A stretch of 64,000 nucleotides of DNA from Lama guanicoe (lineage: Eukaryota). The position numbers were made by a program, and so were the translations under genes. Location: positions 436,001 to 500,000 of the forward strand of contig MU053504.1 of NCBI GenBank assembly GCA_013239625.1. Direction: 5' to 3'. How positions within the stretch are numbered: the stretch's first letter is position 1; every line of letters starts with the position of its first letter. The notes beneath the pieces are model-generated. The model was not told where the DNA came from. It made no database searches and saw only the letters and a program-made list of their open reading frames with translations. Positions 51,714 to 64,000 of the stretch are shown here, piece after piece.

Positions 51714-53133
51714 TAATTCCAGGGTGAGTATAATGAATGTAAACTTTCCTTTGACTGAATCTAAGTTTCCATGGTTAAGAACAAATTGAATTATCTTCCT
51801 TGCTCTTTTCCTGTGTTGCAAGAAGAGACACTGCTTTCAAAAATTTATAATGTTCCTGCATAAATACATAAGAAATATACTTAAAGCTACCACACTTGTG
51901 TAAGAAATTCTGATATTCAGTTTTAATGGATCACTTAGTTTGCCATATCTGTTTCTGCGTTTATGAGACAAATTAGAAATAGTGTGATTGACAAAACTCA
52001 ATATCAATAATTGCCATTATTCTCAGAATTTTCGAGACTCTAAGAGCATGCTATTTATGAAATATTATAGAAAATCTCTAGACATTCCAAAGTGCTAGGG
52101 ATTTACATGTGTCATAAATAGAATGCCTTCAAGTTTTAATTTAATTTTAATTTTAAAATATTCATCATTTTTCATCTAGTATTATGTTTATCTAGGTACA
52201 GGCCTTGCCTCTCACACTAGTCTGCAAGCTCTTTGAAGACAACATCTGTGTCATATTTATTTTCTGTATCTCTTATAGTGCTTGTCTCAGTGCCTCGCAC
52301 ATTATTATTCCCTCAGTTAATATTGTTGAATTAGGATTGACAAGGTTTCTTTTTCTTTATTTAAAATATAGAATCTTTAGGTAGATTTATGATCATATCA
52401 AATATGATTCAACAAAATAATTTTTTTCATTATTTCATTTATATATTCCATAAATATTATTGATCCCATACTTTGTATGAAACACTATATTAGGCTCTGG
52501 GCTACAAGGACAAATAAGGTCCTTTTTGGTCTGGTGAGGAAATCAGATAATGAAAAAGATTTTTTTTTAATTATTATAATTGTAGATTGTGCTATGAAGG
52601 AATATAAAAAGAGTACTACAACAGAAAATAACAGAGAAGTGTATTTTAGTTATGCTAGTTGGGAAAAACCTTTCTGAGAGGATAGAATTTAAGCTCAAAC
52701 TTAAGAAATGAGAAGTATCCAGCCGTGTGAGAAGTCCCTGAGGGAGTAGCATTCTGGGCAGAGGGAACTGCAAGAGCAAAAGTCTTGGGGTATTAAAGTT
52801 GCTTGACTCATTCAGAGAGCAAAAAGGCCAGTAGGCTTGGAGTATAGTGAGTGAGGGAAAGAGTGTCGTTAGATAATGTGATAGGTTTTGTAGGGCTGCG
52901 AAGGCCCTGATTAGAAATTTGGATTTTATTTAAGTGCACTAGGGAAGTCACTGAATCATTTTAAGTGATCTGATCTAATTGCATATTTAAAATATCACTC
53001 TGGCTGTTTTGAAGAGAATGGACAGAAGAGGGGCAGGGGTGGGTACAGGGAAACTAGGTAGGAGAAAGTAGAGATTTGGTTGGGAGTTTATTTTATACAC
53101 TTATTGAATATGTTTTTTTTTTAATTCTTTTAA

Positions 53134-53229
<96 letters not shown>

Positions 53230-53439
53230 TAAATTATTTTATTTACTTTCCTTCAATTTGATTTTCTTGATATTTTATTATTTGCATCTTCAGATTTCAT
53301 GGACGCAATTGGAATGTAGTTAACAACATGAAATACACATGCAGTTGAAAAAGATTTAAATTTAGCATGAAATTTCAAAGTATAACACCAAAAATGTATC
53401 GTTATGTTTGCTGAATATATTTTGCAATAGTGACAGTAT

Positions 53440-54770
53440 ATTCATTCATTCAGTAGTTGCTGGCTGCCTTCCAGGCCAGGCCCTGTTCTAGGCACTGAGG
53501 AGATAGCAATGAATAAAACGCAGATCTTGGCTGCATGAGTATTACATTTTAGTCGGGAGGTAAACAAGTAAACAAGTAAATACACAATATGCTAGGAGAT
53601 GAGCAGCATTATAAAGAGAAATAGAAAATAAAATAATAAAAAGATCAGGAAAAGCTTTTTTTCTAAGGTTTGAACAGAAATCTGAAGGAGGTGCTTCAGT
53701 TATGTGGGGAAGAATGTTCTAGGTACAGCAAATGGAAAAGTCCCAAGGCAGAGTACACTGGGCATGTTCAAGGAACAGCAGGGAAGCAAGTGAGACTGAG
53801 TGGAGTAAATGAAGGGCCCAGTGGTAGGAGATGGGGTCAGAGAAGTAGCTGGGGGTGCAAATGATGGAGGGTGTCATAGGCTGTAGTAAGGCCTTTTACT
53901 CAGACAGGGTGTACAGGAGGGTTTTGAGTAGGAAAGTGACCATTCTGACTTGACTTCAACATGCCTCCTCTAGCTACTTACTTTAAGAGGGAAAGGGAGG
54001 AAGCAGAGAGCCTGTGAGAAGATTATTGCAGTAAGAAGTCCAGGTGAGAGATGACAGTGTCTGTGATCAGTTCTCAATCTTCATTTTATCAAGCTGGTAG
54101 CAGTCAAATTATGAATATATGTTGAAGGCAGAGCTGACAGAATTTGCTAAAGGATTAAGTATGGCTTTAAGAGAGAGAAGTGAAGGTTGACTGATTTTTT
54201 GGCATGAGAATGGAGTTACCATTTAATGAGATTAGGTTAACTAGACAATGACAGGTTTAAAGAGGGCAGAGTAAAGGAAGTAAACTAGGTTTTGAACATA
54301 AATTTTGAGATGACTATTACACATCCAGGGGGAGTCAGTAGGTAATTGAATATCTGGGTCTGAAATTCAGGAAAGATCTTTGATGGGATATATATAAATT
54401 TGAGAGTTGTAAATATATAGATAGAACTTCAAACTTGAATCATAAAGATCCCTGAGGAAGTGAGTTTAGATTTTAAAGAGAGGGAGAGAGAGCAAGAGTG
54501 AGAGAGAGGAAATGAGAGAGAGAGATCTGAGGATTGAATGTTAGTTCATTCCTAATAGTTAATAGTCTGGGAAATGAGGAAGAACTAATAAAGGAGATGG
54601 AAAAGGAGCAGACAGTGAGGTAGGAGGAAAATCAAGAGACAGTAATGTCGCAGAGACCAAGAGGAGAACATGTTCCTTGAGGCAGGAGTGAACATCTATT
54701 TCAAATGCTGTTAATTACGGTAAGTAAGGTAGAGACTGAGAATTGTCCATTGGATTTGGCAGCCTGGAGA
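53440..54770 (-). mobile_element. Long L2 fragment (another lies at about 52430-53065)
   Basis: TTCATTCATTCAG...CCAGGCCCTGTTCTAGGCACTGAGG...GTCCAGGTGAGAGATGA...GACTGAGAATTGTCCATTGGATTTGGCA. Confidence 0.8.
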
Positions 54771-54971
54771 ACATTTATACATATATATACACACATATAT
54801 ACATATACATATATACTAGTATTTATAAGTAATACTATTTAGAAAATAAAATTATTTTATTTTTATAATAAATCCTGTTGTTTAAGGATTTTTGTTTGTT
54901 TTGCTTTGCAGTGGACTGCAAAATCATTGTGTTTGTTCACGTGTTTTCTTTACCCTTCTATTTCTCTGTAG

Positions 54972-55078
54972 TGCTATTGATGTTTCAGAACACTTTGCTC
55001 AGAACCAAAGCAAACCAGAAGAAATCACACTTAGAGAAGATTATGGCAATGGTCCTCTTTACCAAGCTGGGAGCTTTG
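54972..55078 (+). CDS. RAD21L1: RAD21L1 coding exon 4 (107 nt)
   Basis: Encodes [35 protein letters not shown](G). Boundaries tctctgtag| and |gtgaga. Confidence 0.95.
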
Positions 55079-56803
55079 GTGAGAATATTTAAGAAATTAA
55101 AATTACAGGTCATAATCAATTATATTTGCATTTTTGTATTGAAACAATTCCAGTGGGAATAGCCATTTCTATGCCAGTAGAAATGTCTTTTAGAATGAAT
55201 TTTTTGATGTATAAATGTAACCCCCCAATAAGTTTGTCCTTGCCTTTTTCTACTATAGGTGTCAATGCCAAGACTCAGTCTTGGCCTATATTTCCCTTCT
55301 CAGTGTACAACCATTTATTGAATATTTAGTATGTGTCAGGTGCTGTCGCAGGTACGGGGAATACAAAGTTTAAAGAAGCATTTCCTACCCTCAAGGGAAT
55401 GCTTCAGGCTGGGGAGAGATATGCAAATAAACAGTTGCTCTAGTTAATATATATACAAGGTTTTACACATGTACTACATATAGAGCCTTCAAAATGTATT
55501 CCCTCTAAATATGATACCAATTATAAAATAACAGATTTTAAAATAGCTTAGGGGTGAGGGGAAAATATGCACTAAATACACATTTATTGGGAAATAGAAA
55601 CTGTTCAATGTATTTTAGAATTGAAGCTATATGGTACAGTTTAACTATACAGTATTTGTTCCTTTTTTATGGCATTTACCACTCTCTGTCTTATATCATG
55701 ATGCACCTGGAAGATGTGAATATATTTTTAGTTCTTTTGAAAAAGTTAATCTTTTCTGTTAAGCAAATCTTTAGTCCAGTGTGATGAAGGTTGCCTTTTT
55801 TTTTAGCTCTTTCTTTCTAGAATATATGGGCCTATAGAAGAATTTCCAATGAGTGGTACTTCATGATTTTTTTTTCCTGGCTAGCACTAACATGGGTTGT
55901 TAGAGGGAGGGAAGACAGGATTAACTTCTGACCCCTGGGGTTTCAGACTTCTGAACCCAGAGATTGGAACCCAAGGAAGGGAAAGAATACATATGTGCTG
56001 ACAGCCAATCTGGAAGCAGGTCAGTTTGAAGCAGGGAGTTCATTTTATCTGCTACTATCAGTGTCTTAGGAGTTTTCTGTCATAAGTCTCCATTTTGCCA
56101 AAATTCTAACACATACTAAGGCTGTCGCTGCTGGGTTCAGATCGTGGCTCCGTCATTTATTACGGTGTGACTGTGTGCAAGATATGAAACCTTTCTGTGG
56201 ATGTTTCCTCATCTCTACAATGAGAATTATAATAATCTCTTCTACTACATAGTATAATGCCCATAATAAGCACTCAGTTTATGTTACTTACCTTTCTTTT
56301 ACTGCTGTATCTCCAACCCCTAGCATATTGCCTAATACCTGGTCATTCAGTAAATATTTATTGAACGAATGTTGTAAGCCTATTCTTTAATATTTTACCT
56401 ATCTTTCGAATATTAAAAAGGCAGACATGCTTCTTATTTTTCAAACCCTCATTATGGACAAACAACTCAAGCAATTGTCCTTGAAATAATATGAAATAAT
56501 ACTTGGTCAAGCAGGATATGACCCACCTAAAGTGGAAGAAATCATTCCACTGCCAATAATAACCTTCTGGGAAGTTATTCATGACAAACTCTATCCTGAT
56601 ATTTTGGCAATTTTTCCTCATTGTATTGAAAAAAGTGTTAGACTGATAATCCAGTCTCCATTGATTAACAGATTGACTTTAGTTGAATAATCCAAATTCA
56701 TTTTTTGGAGAAGCTTTACAAGATGATATCTAAATTCTACCTTCTAACCCTATAATTCTGTATTTCTATGACTAACTCAATATTAATGATTGTATTTATT
56801 TAG

Positions 56804-56974
56804 GGGAGGAACCTGAAATTCTCAGAAGACATAGCTTCTTTGATGACAACATATTGCTGAATTCCAGTGGTCCTTTACTTGAACATAGTTCTGGAAGCCT
56901 TAATGGAGAAAAATCTCTGTTTTGTGACAGTAGAGATGGATTTGGAGATGAAGGGGCTGCGGGAGAAATGATTG
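56804..56974 (+). CDS. RAD21L1: RAD21L1 coding exon 5 (171 nt)
   Basis: Encodes [22 protein letters not shown]...[13 protein letters not shown]. Boundaries tatttag| and |gtatgt. Confidence 0.93.
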
Positions 56975-57594
56975 GTATGTTATCTGGACATATAGAAATT
57001 GGATATTTATTCAATCAAAGTACTATAATATACTAGTAGTTTTATTCAATCAAACTAAAATTTCAAATATGCTTCTGTGTTATATAGATCAACACATTTT
57101 TTACATGAGTTTTCAAAGTCTGTAAGATATTTAAACATTTAGGTGAGGTCTAAGTAAATCGCCATGTGTTTAAACATATTTTCCATGTAGGCTGTGAAAT
57201 ATTTCTTGTTTTTATTTTCACAAATTCCTAGTTTTTAGAGGTGAAGGAGTGAGGTTAGTATATTCCTCACAAAATATACTAGATCATAGATTAGAAAACA
57301 TAGTTTTCTTTAACAGAAATTGTTGGACAACTATTCTAAAGGATCTGTCCAGCATTTTATATTATTATTATATATTTATGTTATTATTATAAAGTCCTCA
57401 TAGAAATAAGGTAGACAAAAACTGGGAAATCCAAATGTACAGAATTTTAAAGATAATTTTAAAGAGACATCAAATCTTTTCTTAATTCTCTAGTTTACAG
57501 TAAAAGGCTGTGTATGGCAAACTTTTTGAAATTTGGAAACTATGAAAAACTCTACCTTCGATCTCTACCAAAGGAGTTGGAAAACTTTTACTTC

Positions 57595-57745
57595 TTTTTT
57601 TTTTTAGGTTTTATTTTATTTTATTTTATTTTTGTTGGGGGGGATTTGGTTTATTTATTTATTTTAATGGAGGTATGGGGAGGGGTTGAACCCAGGACCT
57701 TGTGCATACTAAGCACACGTTCTATGACTAAGTTATACCCTCCCC
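57595..57745 (-). mobile_element. tRNA-derived camelid-type SINE (Vic-1-like), diverged copy
   Basis: A T-rich tail precedes GGTTGAACCCAGGACCTTGTGCATACTAAGCAC...TATACCCTCCCC. It is homologous to the copies at 44839 and 61538. Confidence 0.85.
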
Positions 57746-58043
57746 TTTGCTTTTTGATTTGAAATCTAAACGTGGCTTGCAACAAGGCTACTCTCTTAGT
57801 TTAGGGAGTATTTCCTGAAATTAAACATTTAAAAATAGATTTTTAATAAAGGAAGTTAAATATATAAAATTCTATGTTACAGTGCATAAATATGTTAGTC
57901 TATATAACCAATTAAATCTAATTAAGTAGGGTTCACTCATTTTTATATCCCTTCACAGTTCCTTGTATACAATAATGTCAAGTGTTTAGTGAACAAATGA
58001 CAGATTCAGCTCTGTATAAAAAGTGTTTATTGTGTTTTTCAAG

Positions 58044-58139
58044 ACAATCTATTGCAAGATGATCAGAATAGCCTGTTAGAAGACCTGCATTTAAATAAAG
58101 AAATTTCCCTGCCTCCTGAGCCTCCCAGTACTATTGTGG
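58044..58139 (+). CDS. RAD21L1: RAD21L1 coding exon 6 (96 nt)
   Basis: Encodes [31 protein letters not shown]. Boundaries tttttcaag| and |gtatgt, phase 1-1, frame open. Confidence 0.88.
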
Positions 58140-59104
58140 GTATGTTGGAATTTTCCTTTATATAGAAAGTGAACAGATACTAATATTCAAATTAAGCCTT
58201 AAAACTCCTGAGTTTAAGTAGTAGTATAGTATAGTGAAAGACAATATTGTTGTCCTTCAAACTCTTATCTAACTCTAGATACTATAGAATAGAAAGCTAG
58301 GTTCTGAGAAAGCTACAATGATGGGTATTTAACCAGGATTTGGTTTATTTATTATGAGAGCACATTTAAATACTCTACCAAAATATCCTGCTTTTGAGTC
58401 ATTGAAATAATATATGTTACATGGTAAAAGCATCATTAATGTTTGACGTTAACATTGTTATTAATTATTAATATTAATACCACATTAATTTTAACATGAC
58501 TTGACAATCTATGTACAATTTGTGAGAAATTACCAGTATGGGGATATTTTCTACTTGAAATTCATGTGACAGTACCTCAGATATTTGAAATCTTTCAATC
58601 TGATTTTTCTTAAGAATTAAAAGTATGATTAGCCTCATTTTGATTTTTTACTCTTTTTGATGTTATATTTGCTTTCTAATACAATAGTAGAAATGTAATA
58701 TATAAAAAAGATAGGCAATCAAAATTAGGTATGGTTCTATATGGGTCAACTAATCATTAACAGAATACAAATTTTTAGCAGACATATAGTCAAATTTATG
58801 TCAGTCATTTATTGTGGTTGTTACAACTGTTTTCACTTCTGCTGTGACTGTAGTCCAACCTTAGATGTCACAGGTGCAAAAGAGGGTGATAATACTTGAC
58901 TCACCTGGACTCTGTGGGTCCCAGACCATATAATCCCTGAGCTTCTTCAACTCTATTTAATATGTGATTCTGAGAATTCAGATGTGGCTCCAGTTAGCAA
59001 CATAAATCTACAATTAGTTTATCTTTCACTTTAATTCTCATATACTCCTCTAACTTGCAACGTAACCATTTTTTTATAAATCCTTTTATGGCAATGTTGA
59101 TTAG

Positions 59105-59215
59105 TACAACCAGAAAATCCAGAGTGTATATGTCCACCTGAAAGTGAAAAAATGAATGAAATCGCATTATCAAATGAAGAGGAAGGATTTACCCTTGATC
59201 CAATTGATATTTCAG
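59105..59215 (+). CDS. RAD21L1: RAD21L1 coding exon 7 (111 nt)
   Basis: Encodes [36 protein letters not shown], similar to the RAD21 'NEEEAFALEPIDI' segment. Boundaries ttag| and |gtcaga. Confidence 0.9.
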
Positions 59216-60520
59216 GTCAGAATCATTCATGTTTTTATTTTTAGTTTTGATGTACTATATTATCTTATTTACTCCTAGATATTTGAATAATTCTTGAAAT
59301 ATTATAGGAGGTAGTCAATCTAGTAATAACATTTATAATACAATTAAGGAAAGAATGTGAAAGAAATTTGAGATAATCCTTTCATTATATTCAGTCCTGG
59401 TCGAACCATCTATCCAGGTTGGGAAACTGGAAAATTAAAGTTGAGTTCACTTCCAGTAGTTATCCAGCCATTCATTATTCTGTATTGGGCACAGAAATGA
59501 AGAAGATGTAGCTCCTGCTTTTAAGAAGCTTACAATCAGATCAGGAAGATAAACATGCAAATGAGTATAAGATATGACAGAATAAAAGGATTAGAAGAGA
59601 CGCACTGAATATGAATCTAATATATAGCTAGACCTTATAAGAACCTCCCAGTTTTAAGTAGTATAATTGGTATGAATTTCAGTTTATAAACTCAAACAAT
59701 GCAAAGAACAAAGCACTCAAATTTTTTTTCTTTACCAAGTTCAACTCTGAGCTTCTGTCCCACTTGGTTGGCAGGATATGCAGTCTGCATAGCTCCCCTG
59801 TCTGCCCTGAGCCGTGTAGTATCAAAGTTTGGGGGATGGGTGTGGCAGGTGGAAGGGAACCTCTAGTCATCAGCCACTTCAGTTTGTGGTACCCCCCCAT
59901 CCCAGCCTACATAGCCTCTGGGGTCATCACACAACCAGTCCCTCTGGGATCTTGTCATGTTCCCAGGATTTTACTGAGGCACGTCAGCAAGGAGGTTCTT
60001 GCTCCTTCTGGCTCCATCTGATCTGAGATCTTCACCTGTTCCAGGAAATCTAACCCTCTCATCCCTTTTGCATCTTTACCAAGGAAAAGCTTGACTTCTG
60101 CTTTTTTCCTGGCAAAATTACTTAAAGGAGTGAGATCCCATGGACCTAGCTACCTACTTGGATTTTGTGTATGCATTTTCAGTGGGGGAAGGAAAATACC
60201 CTGGACAAATACAAATTAATGTTTCAAAAGGTTATCCTATTAGGTAGCTATTTTAAAGAACCTCAGAATTGAGTGGCTTCCCTCTCAATATACTCTCCAC
60301 TCCACATTTCTCAGTTGTCCACTTAGTAGGTCAACAGGGCCTCTTCTAAGCACCTTTGAGCAACACTTTACAAAATGTGTCAAGTCTTGGCAGCTCAGAC
60401 ACGCTAGCTGTGCAAAAACCTTATAAAGCATAATTTTCAGTAGAGAGAAGGGGATTTTCTTCCCAAGGCAACTCTGTAAGTTGTATTGTGGTAGACATTT
60501 CTTAGATATGCAGTGCCTAG

Positions 60521-60847
<327 letters not shown>

Positions 60848-60971
60848 TAAATAAATAAATGTATATTTATATTCATATATACAACAGAATTTAAACTTGT
60901 GAAAAATACCTCCTTACTTTGGAATTAATTTGCTGGATGTGTGTGCATTGATTATAGTTTTTACTTTTTAG

Positions 60972-61154
<183 letters not shown>

Positions 61155-61537
61155 TAATTCTGAAGGTGTTGAGGGGAATGTTGTAGACACAAAAATTTCA
61201 TTTTACATTTCAAAATGAAGTTGGGATCCAATTCCATATTCCCAAGTATAAATGCTCTTAGAAGAGTACTTGAACTTAAAAGAAACTGTTACATCATCAT
61301 TGTATTTTTCTGCTGTATGGATTAACTTTTATCCAACTAGCTACCTTAAAAAGATGAAGTATATACTCTATGTGGACTATTCTTAATCTCACTCATTCCC
61401 ACCTCCCCCACTCCCAAAGGCAGTGCTCAGAAACCTTCAACAAAGAAAAATTTTATATCTAGTAGAATAATGTTTCACTTTAAGACAACTAACATGAAAA
61501 ATTTAGCAATAAGAATAGCATTTAAACAATACAGTTA

Positions 61538-61691
61538 GGGGGCAGGTATAGCTCAAGTGGTAAAGCGCATGCTTAGCATGCATGAGGTCCTGAGTTCAAT
61601 CCCCAGTACCTCCTCTAAAAATAAATAAACCTAATTATCCCCCCAAAATAAAATAATTAAATAATACAATAAAAAATAAATAAATAATAAA
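61538..61691 (+). mobile_element. tRNA-derived camelid-type SINE (Vic-1-like), young full-length copy
   Basis: GGGGGCAGGTATAGCTCAAGTGG...GAGTTCAATCCCCAGTACCTCC with an A-rich tail. Perfect 15-bp target-site duplication TAAACAATACAGTTA at 61523-61537 and 61692-61706. Confidence 0.92.
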
Positions 61692-62149
61692 TAAACAATA
61701 CAGTTAAACTGAGATATTTCCATCACCCAGAGGATACGTGGAATATTAGTAATATTAATCATTAACCATTATTGTAACCATTATAAAGGAATAATAAAAC
61801 CAACTTATATGGTAAGTGAACCTCTGCTTAGAAGGGATTAAAATCTGCTAAACCAATATACCAAGCTGGGCTTGAACTATCCATGTTGTCTTGTGAGTGA
61901 ATGTGTAGGAATGAGTGTGGAGGAGGTAACTGGGAGAGGATGGGGAGTGGAGTGATAAAGAGGCAGATGAGGGGAAAGGGAAGATAAATATGTGAGACTT
62001 CCGGTGCTAGAAGAAAGTATGTGTACCCTTTGCCTAAATTCTTGAATTCTAAGTTGTCTGTCAGAAGTTTTCTTACGTAACAATCATACCCCAATTTTAA
62101 GTTTGGAAGATATTTTGGTGAAATCTTTTTTATTTCTTTAATAATTCAG

Positions 62150-62274
62150 AGACCTCCGTGATGGAAGAACCAAATTCCCTGCAAGAGTTAAATCAATCCA
62201 AAACTTGGAAGGAAGTGACTGATGGATCTAAGGGTAGCTCTCATGAGGATAACAATAAAAATATTAACTCTGAT
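62150..62274 (+). CDS. RAD21L1: RAD21L1 coding exon 10 (125 nt); the gene continues beyond the window
   Basis: Encodes [41 protein letters not shown]. Boundaries aattcag| and |gtaagt. The cumulative CDS is 1305 nt with no stop, and the C-terminal winged-helix exons are not in the window. Confidence 0.85.
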
Positions 62275-63570
62275 GTAAGTTAATCAAAGAGAATCATAAA
62301 AATATTATTATCTTTCTGACACAGATATGATAAAGGAACATTGAGACTCTAGTATAGCTTCTTACATTTATAGTTTATATTTCATCTTACGTTTTTCTAT
62401 AATTTCTTTAGTATTACCAGTAGCACAGGGTAAAACATAATTTCCATCTGCAGAACAGTATTTTCTAAAAATTTAGGATAGTAAATCACAAGATACTGAT
62501 TTAGTATTTTGCATGGTACATTGAATAAATGATTATACACAAATCTGGTTATATGCTGAGGCCTCACATTCAATTTGTCATGCAATCCTTTAAGACTCTA
62601 GACAATACACATATGTTTTGCTTCTGATCAAAAATACACTCTTCCCACCTCTAAGAATAGTATGTTTTAGACCCACCAATTACTTTAGCCCTGAATCTGA
62701 AAGGCTATCTAAAGATCCAGCTGGGGGAAGGAAAATACCCTGAAGACATAATTTTTATTTGTAAAACATAGTTATTAAAAAACATAGGTGAAAACAGTGT
62801 GCTTTAAAACATTTTCCCAATGTCATTTTATTGACTGTACAAGTGTAAATATTACACTATACCAGATAAAATAAACCAGTGCTTTTCTGGTTTGTTCAAT
62901 CGTCACTGTATTTTGATAACCACTCAGGGAATTCAGAGTCAATCCACATTGAAACCGAATGCCTTGGAAGGAAAGACAGTTTCATGATGCATTAAAACAG
63001 AATGTGTTTTACTAAATATTTGATAATATACTAGATATTGAGATACTCGGTTGCCAGTATGACTGTCTTCCTTATTTGGGATTGGGCATTTCTTAGAGTG
63101 CACCTACTGAAAATTATGATTAGGCAAGCTTGTTCAGTTTGTGATTTTTAACATTAACAAAATGTCTTTTCCCCAAGTGCTTGAAGTGAAGGAAAGAGAT
63201 TGATGTACTAGTTTTTTTTAACCTTTTACTCCTTTACCCTATGCTTATGCTTTAACCTTCAATTCCATTCCTATTCTGCTTCCAAAAATGGTGAACAGAT
63301 GTGAAATATAGTCAGGAATAGGAGCACAGTCAGTTTGAAGGGGCAGAAAAATATTGATTCTGATTATTCATTTTCAGATCCTTCAACAATTCAGAGTTTT
63401 TACGTAAAGTAACTGCACAATTGAGAGTATCTAAAATGTAGGCTATTCATAGAAATTAAAAGGGAAAACACATGATAGGGCACCACAAACGTGTATATCA
63501 AAGAATAAAATACAACTCCTTATATTCATGAAAATTTTAAAAAGTTAAAGGGAAAAAATCAAGAAACCTA

Positions 63571-64000
63571 TGTTGTTGGAAGCTTTTAACTTAATCATCA
63601 TCACAGATGACAGCTGGGGAATGAAGCTTGAAGACAGTGAAGATGAAAAAGGGGCCAACAGCTTCCACAGCAATAAAAAGGGGGAGATGTTGGGGTATGG
63701 AGAATTTCTGGCTTTCTCTTTTTCCTTCTTTCTTTATGTCTTCACTCCCCTTTCCGAGGACATAGTTTTTCTTCTCTCTTGCCAGTGGCAGCTCTAGCTG
63801 TGGTGGCAAGAATCCTGCCTTAGACCTCAGCAGGAACATTAATATCCCTTCCCCCATTCTCATTCCCTCTGCTTGCAGTCCTTCCTCGGCCATGTGGTTC
63901 TGGCCTGAGAATAGAGGTAGGGGTCTGAGGCAAAGACAACATGCTTCAAAGGAAAGTGGTCTCAGCCGCACAGCAGTCTTTTGATAAGAGGTCAGCAGGG
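63571..64000 (+). mobile_element. Probable endogenous retrovirus fragment: short internal piece, polypurine tract and the start of an LTR (runs off the window)
   Basis: AAAAAGGGGGAGA (63675-63687) is directly followed by TGTTGGGG. Base composition shifts abruptly from the AT-rich intron near 63570. Confidence 0.55.

Noticed and set aside
61538..61613. tRNA gene
   Set aside because: The tRNA-like head is followed by an A-rich tail and flanked by a TSD, and two diverged copies occur nearby. It is a SINE.
63591..63971. 126-aa minus-strand ORF
   Set aside because: It is antisense to the putative LTR and has no recognisable protein features.

Overview
This is mammalian genomic DNA, most likely from a camelid given three short tRNA-derived Vic-1-like SINEs. 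It is syntenic with human 20p13. In order it contains: the last three coding exons and 3' UTR of PSMF1/PI31 (+); TMEM74B (-), with a single-exon 232-aa CDS and a CpG-island promoter at about 22.3-23.3 kb; an intact two-exon 99-aa C20orf202 orthologue (+) of the AARD/FAM167 family, which the ORF track only half captures; and a GC-box/CpG promoter plus ten consecutive coding exons of the meiotic kleisin RAD21L1 (+), giving 435 codons with the gene continuing past the window end. Every exon listed was placed by hand using GT-AG boundaries and phase continuity. The rest is mostly old interspersed repeats (L1, L2, MIR, MaLR/ERVL LTRs, hAT and Tigger fossils) and microsatellites. I found no evidence of a new biological system. 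The most interesting oddities are: two exact 21-22 nt non-tandem duplications about 2.4-2.5 kb apart; a retroviral polypurine tract plus LTR start carrying a strong cryptic splice acceptor inside RAD21L1; a hAT fossil with four nested insertions; a uORF-rich candidate TMEM74B 5' exon; and the probable ohnology of C20orf202 with AARD. Gene and repeat names rest on recalled sequence similarity, not on database searches.
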